Virus record (IMG/VR): IMGVR_UViG_3300029362_000002
DNA: 64,000 nt
Strand: one strand, 5' to 3'
Origin: a virus
Shown here: positions 18,746 to 28,307 of the stretch, piece by piece
How the letters are laid out: every line of letters starts with the position of its first letter
How positions within the stretch are numbered: position 1 is the stretch's first letter
Notes under the pieces: model-generated
Seen by the model: only the letters and a program-made list of their open reading frames with translations
The model's database searches: none
Told to the model about the DNA's origin: nothing
Position numbers and translations under genes: made by a program

Positions 18746-19326
18746 CGAAAGAGGAATTAGCCAGCGCCTTTGGTTTAGGGACGAGCAAGTTTCAATGTAC
18801 AGCAGATCAGCTGACAGAAAATGAGGTTGAAAAGAGGAGAAAAGTGAAAATGAAGAAATTTTCAGATATGATCCAGAAATCCGGCAATCAGGAAAAACCG
18901 AAAGCCAGGGAATCTCCGGTAAAAAAGAGAATGTTTAAGATTACAAAGCGTGATGATGAGCAGATGCTTGCCTTCGGGTGGGCGAATGTATCCATTCGAT
19001 CAGATGGAGAACTGATTGAAGACTGGCAGGAAGATATTGTAGAGCCGGAAGATCTAGAGCAGGCAGCGTATGAATTTGTGCAGCTATACCGAGAAGGTGG
19101 AGAGATGCACGAAAGAGGCGGTGTTGCTACTTTGGTTGAGAGCGTAGTATTTACCGAAGAAAAACAGCGGGCCATGGGTATTCCGGAAGGAACGCTTCCT
19201 GTCGGCTGGTGGATTGGCTTCAAAGTGCTTGATGCAGATGTATGGGAAAAGGTCAAAGATGGCACATATTCTATGTTCAGTATTGAAGGAGAAGCAGAAA
19301 GGGTAGAAGTGAAAGATGAAAATTAA
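18742..19326 (+). CDS. XkdF-like putative prohead protease/scaffold-associated protein (start uncertain: 18742 or 18850)
   Basis: FGWANV ... EMHE ... VESVVFTEEK ... GWWIGFKVLDADVWEKVKDGTYSMFSIEG pattern of XkdF-like proteins. The ATG at 18742 overlaps the upstream TGA. Confidence 0.6.
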   Translation: MTKEELASAFGLGTSKFQCTADQLTENEVEKRRKVKMKKFSDMIQKSGNQEKPKARESPVKKRMFKITKRDDEQMLAFGWANVSIRSDGELIEDWQEDIVEPEDLEQAAYEFVQLYREGGEMHERGGVATLVESVVFTEEKQRAMGIPEGTLPVGWWIGFKVLDADVWEKVKDGTYSMFSIEGEAERVEVKDEN

Positions 19327-19543
19327 ATTTGTCGTTTGCAGAAGCGGGAAATGCCCTATATGCGGAAGAAACTGGGCTTGGCTGATTAAGGAATGCATTT
19401 GCGGGTATGGAGGACCGCTGATACCAGACGAATAAAGAGGCGTATAGCGATTTTCAGCACGCCAAACCTATCAATCCTACCCTAGAGATTGTAAAAATGG
19501 CTCTGGTAGGGATTTTTGAACTGAATATTGTGATAATTCAGAG

Positions 19544-19568
19544 AGGCATCCTTGGCGGGTGCCTTTTT
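19544..19568 (+). terminator. Hairpin plus T-run upstream of the scaffold gene (terminator or 5' mRNA stem-loop)
   Basis: AGGCATCC-TTGGC-GGGTGCCT followed by TTTTT. Confidence 0.5.
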
Positions 19569-19600
19569 GCATTATAAATCCAGAAGAAAGGAGGAACAGC

Positions 19601-20902
19601 ATGGCAACAAAGTTAAAAAACCTCAAAGTTAAGAAAGTTGACTTTGTGGACGAGGGAGCCAATCCGGATGCACATATTGAGCTGTTCAAACGCAAAGATG
19701 GAAAACCGGAGGAAGATCCTAAGAAACCAAAAGAAGACGATGAAGAGGAAGAGAAGCAAAATGAAGGTGGCGTAATGAAACGCCTTTTATCAGCTATCGC
19801 AAAGATGGTCGGAATAAATCCGGGCGAGCTGAACAGTGCGATAGAAGAGATCGAGAAAGGTAATTCAGAGTCCTTCAAGGAAAAGATGGCACAACGAAAG
19901 GCTCAGAAAATCGCAGATGAAATATGGGACTTTTGTTATGCACTGCAGTCTTCCTTATGCTCTGTTTTATGGGATGAAGACCTGGACGGAGCAGGAGCCA
20001 CAGCAGCTATGATTGAGAACCTGGACGAATTCTATTCCGTAGTGAAAGATGCAATCAGCCAGTGGTCCGATGGCAAGGTATCAAATATAGCAAAGAACGA
20101 TCAGAAAATTTCCGAAGAGGAACTGGCAGTTATGAAATCTGCGCAGGTAAGGCTGAACGAGGCAATTCAGAAAGCTTCCGAGAAAAAAGAAGACGGACCA
20201 GAAGACGATGAACCGAAAGGAGACGGAGAAGAAATGAAAATTGACAAGAGCAAACTGACAGAATCTGAGAGAGCGTTTCTTGAAAGCATTGAAAAACGCT
20301 ACGGCACAGAGGAAGGGGCTGGCAAACCGGAAACACCACCAGTAGGAACTGCAGCGCAGGGGACTTCTCAGTCCTCAGAAGAGGCAGTAGCAAAAGCCCT
20401 TCAGACCCTTGGACTTACAGGTGCTGCGAATACCGGAGACGCTGGAACTGCTGATACCGGAGATGATATTTTTAAGGGCTTAAACCCTGGCTTAAATGCA
20501 CAGGTTGAAGCACTTATGAAATTTAAGGCTGATGCAGAAGAAAAGGAAATGAAAGAGATTTGCAAACAGTATGCAATTCTCGGAAAGACAGAGGAAGAAC
20601 TTCTGCCGGTACTCAAGAGTACAAAAGCAGTAAGCAAGGAAGCATACGATCAGGTAATCAAAACTCTGAACGATGCGAAAGCTGCTGTTGAAAATTCTGG
20701 CACATTTTCTGAAATCGGAAAATCCGGACACGCTGGTGCTTCAAAGGGACCAGATGCGAACTCTGCTGAAGGGAAAATTGACAGCATCGCAAAGAGCTAT
20801 ATTGAGAAAAATCCAACAATGAGCTATGTGGACGCATTAGCAAAGGCGTGGGAAGACAATCCGCAGCTGGTGCTTCAGTACGAAGAGGAAGCAGGAATTT
20901 AA
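19601..20902 (+). CDS. Putative capsid scaffolding protein
   Basis: The ATG at 19601 follows AAAGGAGGAA. Acidic, helical and low-complexity; lies between the XkdF-like gene and the capsid genes. Confidence 0.55.
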   Translation: MATKLKNLKVKKVDFVDEGANPDAHIELFKRKDGKPEEDPKKPKEDDEEEEKQNEGGVMKRLLSAIAKMVGINPGELNSAIEEIEKGNSESFKEKMAQRKAQKIADEIWDFCYALQSSLCSVLWDEDLDGAGATAAMIENLDEFYSVVKDAISQWSDGKVSNIAKNDQKISEEELAVMKSAQVRLNEAIQKASEKKEDGPEDDEPKGDGEEMKIDKSKLTESERAFLESIEKRYGTEEGAGKPETPPVGTAAQGTSQSSEEAVAKALQTLGLTGAANTGDAGTADTGDDIFKGLNPGLNAQVEALMKFKADAEEKEMKEICKQYAILGKTEEELLPVLKSTKAVSKEAYDQVIKTLNDAKAAVENSGTFSEIGKSGHAGASKGPDANSAEGKIDSIAKSYIEKNPTMSYVDALAKAWEDNPQLVLQYEEEAGI

Positions 20903-20919
20903 GAAGGAGGTAAAAAACA

Positions 20920-21345
20920 ATGGGTAAGAACTACAACGGAACACAGATCAGTCAGAGCGTAACAGTTTCCGAGGTGGCCGGAGCTACCGTTGAAGACTGC
21001 AGAAATAAGATTTTTGTGTATGACGAAAACGGAAAAGCAATCCTGGCTACTGGAGGAACAAAGCCGTTCATCGGTGTGGCTCTGATCGAAGCAGGTATCA
21101 ATGATATGTTCGGAGAAGTATCTGGAAAGGTGGAGGCAGGAGACGACATCGACATTCAGATTAAAGACATCGGATCAGTGATTGCAGGAGAGGCCATTTC
21201 CAAAGGAGATGAAATCACAGCCGGAGCAGATGGAACTGCAGCAAAGGCAAAGGCCGGGGACTATGTTCTTGGTATTGCACTTAGCAAAGTTGCCAAAGAC
21301 GGATATGCCAGAGTGCAGATTAGCAAATATCAGAAAAATGCGTAA
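20920..21345 (+). CDS. DUF2190-like head decoration/cement protein
   Basis: Gly/Ala/Asp-rich beta-type sequence typical of DUF2190; lies immediately upstream of the major capsid gene. Confidence 0.55.
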   Translation: MGKNYNGTQISQSVTVSEVAGATVEDCRNKIFVYDENGKAILATGGTKPFIGVALIEAGINDMFGEVSGKVEAGDDIDIQIKDIGSVIAGEAISKGDEITAGADGTAAKAKAGDYVLGIALSKVAKDGYARVQISKYQKNA

Positions 21346-21362
21346 GCAGGAGGTAAGAAAGA

Positions 21363-22394
21363 ATGGGTAGAAAAGTAACAGCAGCCGATATTCAGGTGGA
21401 AATTGCAAAAGGAGCCTTTAGACCGCACACAGCACTGTCTAATATGGCTCTTTCTTATTTCCAGAGTGACAAAAATTATTTTGCCAGAACAATCTTCCCG
21501 ATGTGCCCGGTAAGTCTGTCAGCTGACAATTACTATATTTTCAGCAAGGAAGATTTACTGAGAGACAGCTGGAAGAGAAAACCGGCATATGGAAAGGTTG
21601 AGCCAGCAGTTCTCGGTGAGAACGGACAGACTTACGCCTGCCAGGTAGATCAGATGATCGTAGGCATCGACCAGATTCGTCAGACAGACCTCATCAGAAG
21701 ACAGGGCCCGTCTATCAGAGATCCGAGACAGCAGAGAACCAGAATGATCGCAACCCAGGCAAACATCCACCAGGATGTGCTGTTTGCAAAGAATTTCTTT
21801 AAAGCTGGCGTGTGGGAAAACGAGTTTGCTGGTGTAGACAGCACATCCGTAACAGGAAAGCAGTTTATCAAGTTCACAAATGGCAACTCCGACCCAATTT
21901 CCTTTATCGAGGAAAGAGCAACTGAGATGGAAGAATTTACAGGACGCAGACCGAACCGTATGGCTCTCGGCGTGAATGTTTACAATGCACTGAAAAAACA
22001 TCCGGCAATTCTGGAAAGAGTAAAATACAGCGGATCAACAGCTAATCCGGCCATGGTCAATGCAAATGTTCTGTCTCAGCTGTTCGAGATGGAACGTCTT
22101 TCTGTGCAGCGTTCTATCATGAATAACGCAGCGCTTGGGGAAGAGGCAAAAATGCAGTATATCGGCGATCCGAACGCATTCCTGTTGGCATACGCTACAG
22201 ATTCACCGGCAGTAGATGAGCCGAGTGCAGGATATATCTTTACTTGGGATATGTTAGGAAACGGAAATGTGCTTCCAATTCGTCAGTTTGAGGGCGAACA
22301 GGGAACTCACAGTGAGTTTATCGAAGGTCTCATGGCAACCGACATGAAAAAGACCGGAGATGATCTGGCAATGTTCTTCAAGGACGCTGTCTAA
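21363..22394 (+). CDS. Major capsid protein (lambda E-like family)
   Basis: 343 aa; lies after the scaffold and decoration genes, matching the lambda D/E arrangement. Confidence 0.7.
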   Translation: MGRKVTAADIQVEIAKGAFRPHTALSNMALSYFQSDKNYFARTIFPMCPVSLSADNYYIFSKEDLLRDSWKRKPAYGKVEPAVLGENGQTYACQVDQMIVGIDQIRQTDLIRRQGPSIRDPRQQRTRMIATQANIHQDVLFAKNFFKAGVWENEFAGVDSTSVTGKQFIKFTNGNSDPISFIEERATEMEEFTGRRPNRMALGVNVYNALKKHPAILERVKYSGSTANPAMVNANVLSQLFEMERLSVQRSIMNNAALGEEAKMQYIGDPNAFLLAYATDSPAVDEPSAGYIFTWDMLGNGNVLPIRQFEGEQGTHSEFIEGLMATDMKKTGDDLAMFFKDAV

Positions 22395-22405
22395 GGAGGG
22401 CAATT

Positions 22406-22903
22406 ATGAAACTGATTGCAAAGAAACCTTGTAGCTTTGGTGGCAAGGATTTTTTTATCAATGACGAGATCCCGGTCAATGCCGTTCTGAATCCAAAACA
22501 GCAGGAAGAACTTGGAGTGCTGTCTATTGTTTCTGATGGAGAAGCCGCAACAGGTATTCTGGAAACAGGCTTCCAGGAAACAGATATTGCAATTCCGGTC
22601 TTCAAAAGCTATGACGGAGATACTGCACAGGTAATGGGAGTTCCGCTGAATATCGGGGAAATACAGGAAGTTTTCTCTATCATGCAGATGAACGTAGAAG
22701 AGGCCACAAAGGCAATCGAAGCTGCAAAATCTGAAAATATGCTGATCGTCATTCATGCCTGTGATTCACGTGCTGGAGTAAAGAAAGCGGCTCAAAAGAA
22801 AGCAGGCAACTTATCCTCCACCAATGGGAGTACAAACGATCCTGCAGGCGGTAACGAGTTCGTAGACCATAGTACGCAAGACGAAACACCGTCTGAAAAA
22901 TAA
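22406..22903 (+). CDS. Hypothetical head-associated protein
   Basis: Tight packing in the head module. Confidence 0.45.
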   Translation: MKLIAKKPCSFGGKDFFINDEIPVNAVLNPKQQEELGVLSIVSDGEAATGILETGFQETDIAIPVFKSYDGDTAQVMGVPLNIGEIQEVFSIMQMNVEEATKAIEAAKSENMLIVIHACDSRAGVKKAAQKKAGNLSSTNGSTNDPAGGNEFVDHSTQDETPSEK

Positions 22904-22920
22904 TTCGGAGGTGAACCCTT

Positions 22921-23340
22921 ATGGCAAAAGGCACATACACCTATGAACCAGGGAATATCACAACTGCAGGACTTGATCTGATGAGGTTTGAACTGGGAGA
23001 TACGATGGTAGAAGGTGGGGCAGATACCTGTGCATTGACAGACGAAGAAATTTCAGCGGCTCTGAAAAAATATCCGAAGAAGTGGAAAAGAGCAAAACTC
23101 ATGTTGCTGGAAAGCATCTGCAGAAGGTTTGCGTTTGAAGTGGACACGAAAGAAGGTCCACTTTCTTTTTCACTGTCTGACCGGGCAAAAGTCTGGAAAG
23201 AAGATTACCTAAGTCTGAAAAAGGAAGTAAGCCTGGAATCAATGGCAGTTCCATCACCGCCGACCGGAAACAGCTATAAAGAACCGTATTTCTATACAGG
23301 TATGCTGCGGAATCCAAGAACAGGAAGGCTGGATGAATGA
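22921..23340 (+). CDS. Putative head-tail connector (gp6-like) protein
   Basis: Position and size; GGAGGTGAA RBS. Confidence 0.45.
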   Translation: MAKGTYTYEPGNITTAGLDLMRFELGDTMVEGGADTCALTDEEISAALKKYPKKWKRAKLMLLESICRRFAFEVDTKEGPLSFSLSDRAKVWKEDYLSLKKEVSLESMAVPSPPTGNSYKEPYFYTGMLRNPRTGRLDE

Positions 23341-23693
23341 TGAGAAGAGCAATGATGTATCTGCGGCCAGGAAATCTATATAAAGAGTTTGTGATCGAAG
23401 ATAACAAAGCTGATATTGGTAAAACAGGGAGGGCCACAGCTTCGTTTTCTGGTGATGGAAGCCGGACGCTAAAGGGAGCACTTGCGGAAGCAACACCGAA
23501 GCAAAAGGTTGAGTGGCAACAGCTTCAGCATCCGATTTCCCACACGATCATACAGGATGGGCGGCCGAAGGCAAAGGCAGAAGACAAGCTGATACTGGGA
23601 GAAAGAATATTCTTGATTCAGGGCATAGATGATCCGGGAAGTATCGGAGTCTGCACCATTTACTATGTCGAGGAAAGGATGGATGTGAAGTGA
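23337..23693 (+). CDS. Putative head closure/head-tail adaptor protein
   Basis: 4-nt overlaps on both sides; position. Confidence 0.4.
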   Translation: MMRRAMMYLRPGNLYKEFVIEDNKADIGKTGRATASFSGDGSRTLKGALAEATPKQKVEWQQLQHPISHTIIQDGRPKAKAEDKLILGERIFLIQGIDDPGSIGVCTIYYVEERMDVK

Positions 23694-24133
23694 GGTTGTG
23701 GATAGATACGGCAGCACTTGGAACAGCAGGCCAAGCAGTACAGGCAAAGGTTGGCGAAATGAAAGCCAGAGTAAATCAACAGGTGTTGTCAAGAGGAACA
23801 AGAGCGATCAACCAGCTCAGAAACGCCGAATTGGAAGTCCTCAGAGGAAAAGGAAGCGGAAGAACTTACAGGAAATATCCATATAAGTCAACCTACCAGG
23901 CATCCGCTCCTGGAGAACCTCCGGCAAGGCGTACAGGCAATTTAAGGTTGCATTGGACAGGAAATGTAAAAGGCGGTGGAGGCAATATCACTCTGGAGCT
24001 TGAAAGTGCAGAGTTTTATGCCGGTTATTTGGAAAACGGTACAAGAAAGATGGCACGAAGACCATTCAAGGACCGGATCACACAGAAAGCATTGCCACCG
24101 ATTAAAGCAATCTTTAATGAACCATATTTGTAG
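23690..24133 (+). CDS. HK97 gp10-like tail-completion/neck protein
   Basis: YQASAPGEPPARRTGNL motif typical of the HK97 gp10 family. Confidence 0.6.
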   Translation: MRLWIDTAALGTAGQAVQAKVGEMKARVNQQVLSRGTRAINQLRNAELEVLRGKGSGRTYRKYPYKSTYQASAPGEPPARRTGNLRLHWTGNVKGGGGNITLELESAEFYAGYLENGTRKMARRPFKDRITQKALPPIKAIFNEPYL

Positions 24134-24149
24134 GAGGTGATGCGCAGAA

Positions 24150-24449
24150 ATGAGTCTGATTATGGACAAACAGGAAAAAGTGTTTGATTGCAGCACAATT
24201 AAAAGGGGCGATCTGATAAGCGCACAGCATTCCTGTTGGAAAGAACCGAAATCTGGAATTGTATCTGCAGTTACGCCGGAGGAAATCAAGATATTATATC
24301 AGCCGGCTATTGCGAATGTTACCAATTTTCTCACAATCCAGGCAGATGATGTTGTGACAGGCCAGTGGAAAATCCGCTGGTCTGAAAATTTGGAGAGCAT
24401 TGAAGAATATGATCCGGAGAAAACGGAGGTAAAAGCGAGTGATTCTTGA
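24150..24449 (+). CDS. Hypothetical neck/tail protein
   Basis: GGAGGTGA RBS; position. Confidence 0.4.
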   Translation: MSLIMDKQEKVFDCSTIKRGDLISAQHSCWKEPKSGIVSAVTPEEIKILYQPAIANVTNFLTIQADDVVTGQWKIRWSENLESIEEYDPEKTEVKASDS

Positions 24450-25332
24450 AGAGTTGATGCATGAACGATTTGCCACGTATTCGTTTTTTAAAGATCAAAT
24501 GGCGGTATACGCTGGACTGCCTGCAGTTTTTTACCAGGGAGCACCGGACGATAGGCAAAAAGGTTGGGAAGGAGAACAGTACCCGAGAATCGTATATACG
24601 ATTGATATGCAGGCAGATGAAGAGAGGAAAAGCGCAGGTGTTATGCAGGTAGATCTCTACTGCGATGAGAGAAAAACTCTTCCGGAAGATATCGAGCCAT
24701 ACATCAGAAAGTGCCTGGTAAATCTCATCGTGAAGCCGGAAGGAAATTCACACTATGCGTTTGCTTGGGCGAGAACAGAAATGTTTTCCCTGGAACGGAG
24801 TGCGAGAGATAGAGGCGTTGACACAATGATAGTTGGAGCCTCTGTCCGGTTTGATATTCTGGAGTACAGCCGGCAGGAAACAGCGAATCCAGACCCAGTA
24901 CAGGCATTGAGCAGATGGTTGAAGGACCTGGAAAAAGAAAGCCTGGTTATAGGAAAAGATCATATTGAAAAATTCTTTGAGCCGAGTGGAGAAAGCCCGG
25001 CTTTTTACGTTCGTGTGCAGTCGTACAAAACGAACAGAGCGACCTATGCGCTTACATGGGTGGATTGCAATTTGGCAATTCATATCATCGTGCCGGAGCC
25101 AGAAAACCGTAGCCTATGGGCGAGATACATTGCGGATAGACTGAATATGGCTGGGGAAGTAATCATGTTGGATGATAGCCCGATGCTAATATTTGAGGTG
25201 TCCGTGGAAAACAACGCCGATTATTTGACAAGAGGACAGGTTATGGTGAAGGCACAATATTCTATTCCAAGGATCGGTGAGGTTGAACACCCACTGAGCA
25301 AGATTAAAGTAAGCCAGAAGGAGGAAAAGTGA
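24439..25332 (+). CDS. Hypothetical tail-completion-like protein
   Basis: GTG start with upstream GGAGG; lies before the sheath gene. Confidence 0.45.
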   Translation: MILEELMHERFATYSFFKDQMAVYAGLPAVFYQGAPDDRQKGWEGEQYPRIVYTIDMQADEERKSAGVMQVDLYCDERKTLPEDIEPYIRKCLVNLIVKPEGNSHYAFAWARTEMFSLERSARDRGVDTMIVGASVRFDILEYSRQETANPDPVQALSRWLKDLEKESLVIGKDHIEKFFEPSGESPAFYVRVQSYKTNRATYALTWVDCNLAIHIIVPEPENRSLWARYIADRLNMAGEVIMLDDSPMLIFEVSVENNADYLTRGQVMVKAQYSIPRIGEVEHPLSKIKVSQKEEK

Positions 25333-25632
25333 ATGGCGACAAAAAAAGCCGTAGAAGCTGCGAATACAGCTGAAAACAACGAACCCTTAAATTCCATTGC
25401 TGAGAAAGAAAAAAACGAAGCCAGACCCGGTAACGAATCCACAGCAGTATCAGAAGGGGAATCTATCTACACAATCAATGAGTTTGCAAAAGCAGCGGCA
25501 ACAGCGTTTGAAAGGCCTTACAGTCCGGATATCGTTCGTGCCGCTTTTCTTTTGGCAGGAGCAAAAGAGGCAACTAAGAAGGAAGCCTCAGTTATTATCA
25601 AAAAATTCTTAGGCGAGGAGGTAAAAGAGTAA
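25333..25632 (+). CDS. Hypothetical protein
   Basis: Tight packing. Confidence 0.4.
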   Translation: MATKKAVEAANTAENNEPLNSIAEKEKNEARPGNESTAVSEGESIYTINEFAKAAATAFERPYSPDIVRAAFLLAGAKEATKKEASVIIKKFLGEEVKE

Positions 25633-27047
25633 TGAGCGGATCTTTTAGAGCAGGAGAAGAAAAGGAACGTCCTGGCGTATACAGACGCCATACTAATGCT
25701 GGAGGGTCAGATGTTGCTGGTGCTGCGGAGAATGTGGGACTGGCAGTAGTAAGCGGAACATGGGGACCGCTGAACAAACCGGTTATTACCGAGGGCTCCG
25801 ATGATGTAGTTTCAATTATTGGAGGTGGCAAGGGAGCAAACGTAATTACCCAGATGAGAATTGGTGGTGCAAACACCATTGTAGTAGTCAGAGTTGGCTC
25901 AGGTGGAACACAGGCATCAATTACCCTGAAGGATGATAAAGATGAAGATGTTGTTACTCTGACAACTTTATATCCGACCAGTAGAGCGTTTACAGTAACC
26001 ATCAAAGAATCCCTGGAGGATGATACACAGAAAATGGCAATCATCCAGGAGGGAACAAAGGATCTGGAAACAGTAACTTTTGCTGCAGGTTCTGCAGAGG
26101 TGGCTGGGATTATCGCTGCTTTCACAAATAGTGCATATGTAAAAGCGGTTAAAAAGGCAGACGGAAGCGGAAAACTGAAAACAATTTCTCAGTCAAAATT
26201 CACCGGAGGAACAGATCCTACAGTGACCACAGAAGCGTATGATGCAGGATTTGAGGCGAGTGAGGAAGAGACTTGGGATGGCGTTGCTGTTGATTCCGAG
26301 GAGCCGGCAGTACATATGCTTCTGTATACTTTCATCAACAGAAAGTTTGAGGAAGGAATGTATCCGTATGCCTGCGTTGGCGAGCCTAAGAGTGTTGCAA
26401 TCGACACAAGAATCCAGCACGCCGCAGCTTTTAACGATTACAAAATGCACTATGTACTTAATAGCTGGGTTGGCACAGACGGAGTTGTGTATGAGGGATA
26501 CTTAGCGGCCGCAAGAATTATGGGAATGATTATTGCAGTTGCATCTAACTCTACCCTTACTCATGCCGTAATCACAGGCGCAGCAAGTCTGAATGAGTCA
26601 CTGAAAAATGCAGTTATCAAGAAGGCCCTTAAAGCTGGTTGCCTGGTTCTTTCACTTAGCAAAAGCCGCCAGGTATGGATTGAGAAAGCAATCAATACCC
26701 TTACCGTTTTGTCAGCAGATCAGGACAAAGGCTGGAAGAAAATTCGCCGTATGAAAACCAGATTTGAGCTGGAGGATCGTGTAGACGCTACAATCGAAAA
26801 TCTGGGAACTTCACTTGATAACGACGATGATGGACGAGCAACCGTAATCTCAGCAATTACTGATGTTATGGACGCAATGGTAGGAGAGAAAAAGATTTCA
26901 CCTGGTGGAACCGTAGAACTGGATGCTTCAAACCCACCAAAGGGAGACAGCGCATGGTTCCATATTTCCCCGGACGATATCGACAGCATGGAGATCTTTT
27001 ATCTGACCTATCGTTACAGATTTGCTCCAGAAGAAGAGGAAGAATAA
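25632..27047 (+). CDS. Contractile tail sheath protein (XkdK-like)
   Basis: 471 aa; N-terminal ...ERPGVY pattern; followed by the tube gene. Confidence 0.8.
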   Translation: MSGSFRAGEEKERPGVYRRHTNAGGSDVAGAAENVGLAVVSGTWGPLNKPVITEGSDDVVSIIGGGKGANVITQMRIGGANTIVVVRVGSGGTQASITLKDDKDEDVVTLTTLYPTSRAFTVTIKESLEDDTQKMAIIQEGTKDLETVTFAAGSAEVAGIIAAFTNSAYVKAVKKADGSGKLKTISQSKFTGGTDPTVTTEAYDAGFEASEEETWDGVAVDSEEPAVHMLLYTFINRKFEEGMYPYACVGEPKSVAIDTRIQHAAAFNDYKMHYVLNSWVGTDGVVYEGYLAAARIMGMIIAVASNSTLTHAVITGAASLNESLKNAVIKKALKAGCLVLSLSKSRQVWIEKAINTLTVLSADQDKGWKKIRRMKTRFELEDRVDATIENLGTSLDNDDDGRATVISAITDVMDAMVGEKKISPGGTVELDASNPPKGDSAWFHISPDDIDSMEIFYLTYRYRFAPEEEEE

Positions 27048-27065
27048 GAAAGGAGATAAAACATT

Positions 27066-27527
27066 ATGGGTATTATCAATACACAGGCAGTAGCAGATGG
27101 AAGAAAAGTTCGCACCGGAAAAGATGGCGCATTGTATAACGGAAAAGGAAAACTTCTTGCTACTGTAGAAGTGTTTCAGGCACAAATGGGAGTCGCCAAT
27201 CAGAAATATCATCCGCTGGGAACACCACTGGAACAGGAAATCCTGGATTCTATTGGCACAACTTTAACCTTTACCGAATGTGTGGTAGAAGACGGGGAAT
27301 TTATTACTGATCTCTTAAAAATGCAGAATACCGGCATTCAGCCGAACTGGAAGTTACAGGGCGTGGTAAAAGGAATTAATGGAAGCGAAGAACGCCTTAT
27401 CTACCCGAACTGCGTACCTTCTGGAAATATTGATTTACAGAATGTATCGGTCGGAAGCATTGTAAAACGTCAGTGGTCCCTGTTCGTGAATGGCGCAGTA
27501 AAACAGCAGGGAAAATTAAAGGCCTGA
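27066..27527 (+). CDS. Tail tube protein (XkdM-like)
   Basis: 153 aa; lies directly after the sheath gene. Confidence 0.7.
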   Translation: MGIINTQAVADGRKVRTGKDGALYNGKGKLLATVEVFQAQMGVANQKYHPLGTPLEQEILDSIGTTLTFTECVVEDGEFITDLLKMQNTGIQPNWKLQGVVKGINGSEERLIYPNCVPSGNIDLQNVSVGSIVKRQWSLFVNGAVKQQGKLKA

Positions 27528-27554
27528 GAAAAATTGAATAGAGAATAGCACATA

Positions 27555-27591
27555 GGCCGCAGCGTTAAGTTTGCGGCCTTTATTTTGTTTT
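27555..27591 (+). terminator. Rho-independent terminator/attenuator after the tube gene
   Basis: GGCCGCA-N10-TGCGGCC followed by TTTATTTTGTTTT. Confidence 0.65.
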
Positions 27592-27606
27592 AGGAGGAAA
27601 AATCAA

Positions 27607-28113
27607 ATGGCAAAGAATACAGAAAACGTAACAGAAGTTCAGATGTCACCGGAAGAGACAAAGGCAAATGTAAGAATGTATGAAGACGACATTTTGGGAG
27701 GTCTGATGGCCGCAGCTGCTTACAAGACAGATATGGACGAGGTCGCAAAGATCCAGATCATCAGACACAAGGCGGTTGTCCTGGAGTTCAGAATCCGTCC
27801 GCTGTCCGAAGATGAATACGTCAAAATCAAAAAGAGAAATACCAACTACAAGAAAAATAAAGCGAACGGCCTGAGAATTGCAGAAAGTATAGACTCCGCA
27901 GATTACCGTTCTGAGCTGATTTATGAAGCAACTATCGAGGAGGATAGAACAAAGATCTGGGATAGAACAGATGCGTGGGAGAAATGCAATGTGGTTAATG
28001 GAATCGGCCTGATCGATGTCGTTCTGAAAGCAGGAGAGAAAGATGCAATTCTGGAAAAGCTGGATGAGATTTCTGGCTTCACACCGTCCATGGAGGATGT
28101 AGCAAAAAACTGA
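27607..28113 (+). CDS. Tail assembly chaperone (XkdN-like), zero-frame product
   Basis: The ATG at 27607 follows TAGGAGGAAAAA. The ORF-track TTG at 27571 lies inside the terminator. Sits directly upstream of the tape measure gene. Confidence 0.65.
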   Translation: MAKNTENVTEVQMSPEETKANVRMYEDDILGGLMAAAAYKTDMDEVAKIQIIRHKAVVLEFRIRPLSEDEYVKIKKRNTNYKKNKANGLRIAESIDSADYRSELIYEATIEEDRTKIWDRTDAWEKCNVVNGIGLIDVVLKAGEKDAILEKLDEISGFTPSMEDVAKN

Positions 28114-28307
28114 TAACTGCCGGCGGCAAGACAACCCTGCTTCATATCATCTTCCAAAGGCATCATATTCCGTTTGACGAGGTATTGAGCAAGCCAAAAT
28201 GGGCGCAAGTTTTAATGCTGGAGTCAATGCAGATTCAACTGAAGGAAGAAGAGAAGCAAAGGAAAAAGAAGCAAGGAATCATAGAAGACGAGGAAGGAGG
28301 TGAATGA
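28104..28307 (+). CDS. -1 frame extension of the tail assembly chaperone (gpGT-like frameshift product)
   Basis: Slippery heptamer A AAA AAC at 28104-28110 lies immediately before the zero-frame TGA. The -1 frame stays open for 67 codons (KKLITAGGKTTLLHIIFQRHH...EDEEGGE) and ends at a TGA at 28305-28307 that overlaps the tape measure start. Confidence 0.6.
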   Translation, partial: KKLITAGGKTTLLHIIFQRHHIPFDEVLSKPKWAQVLMLESMQIQLKEEEKQRKKKQGIIEDEEGGE

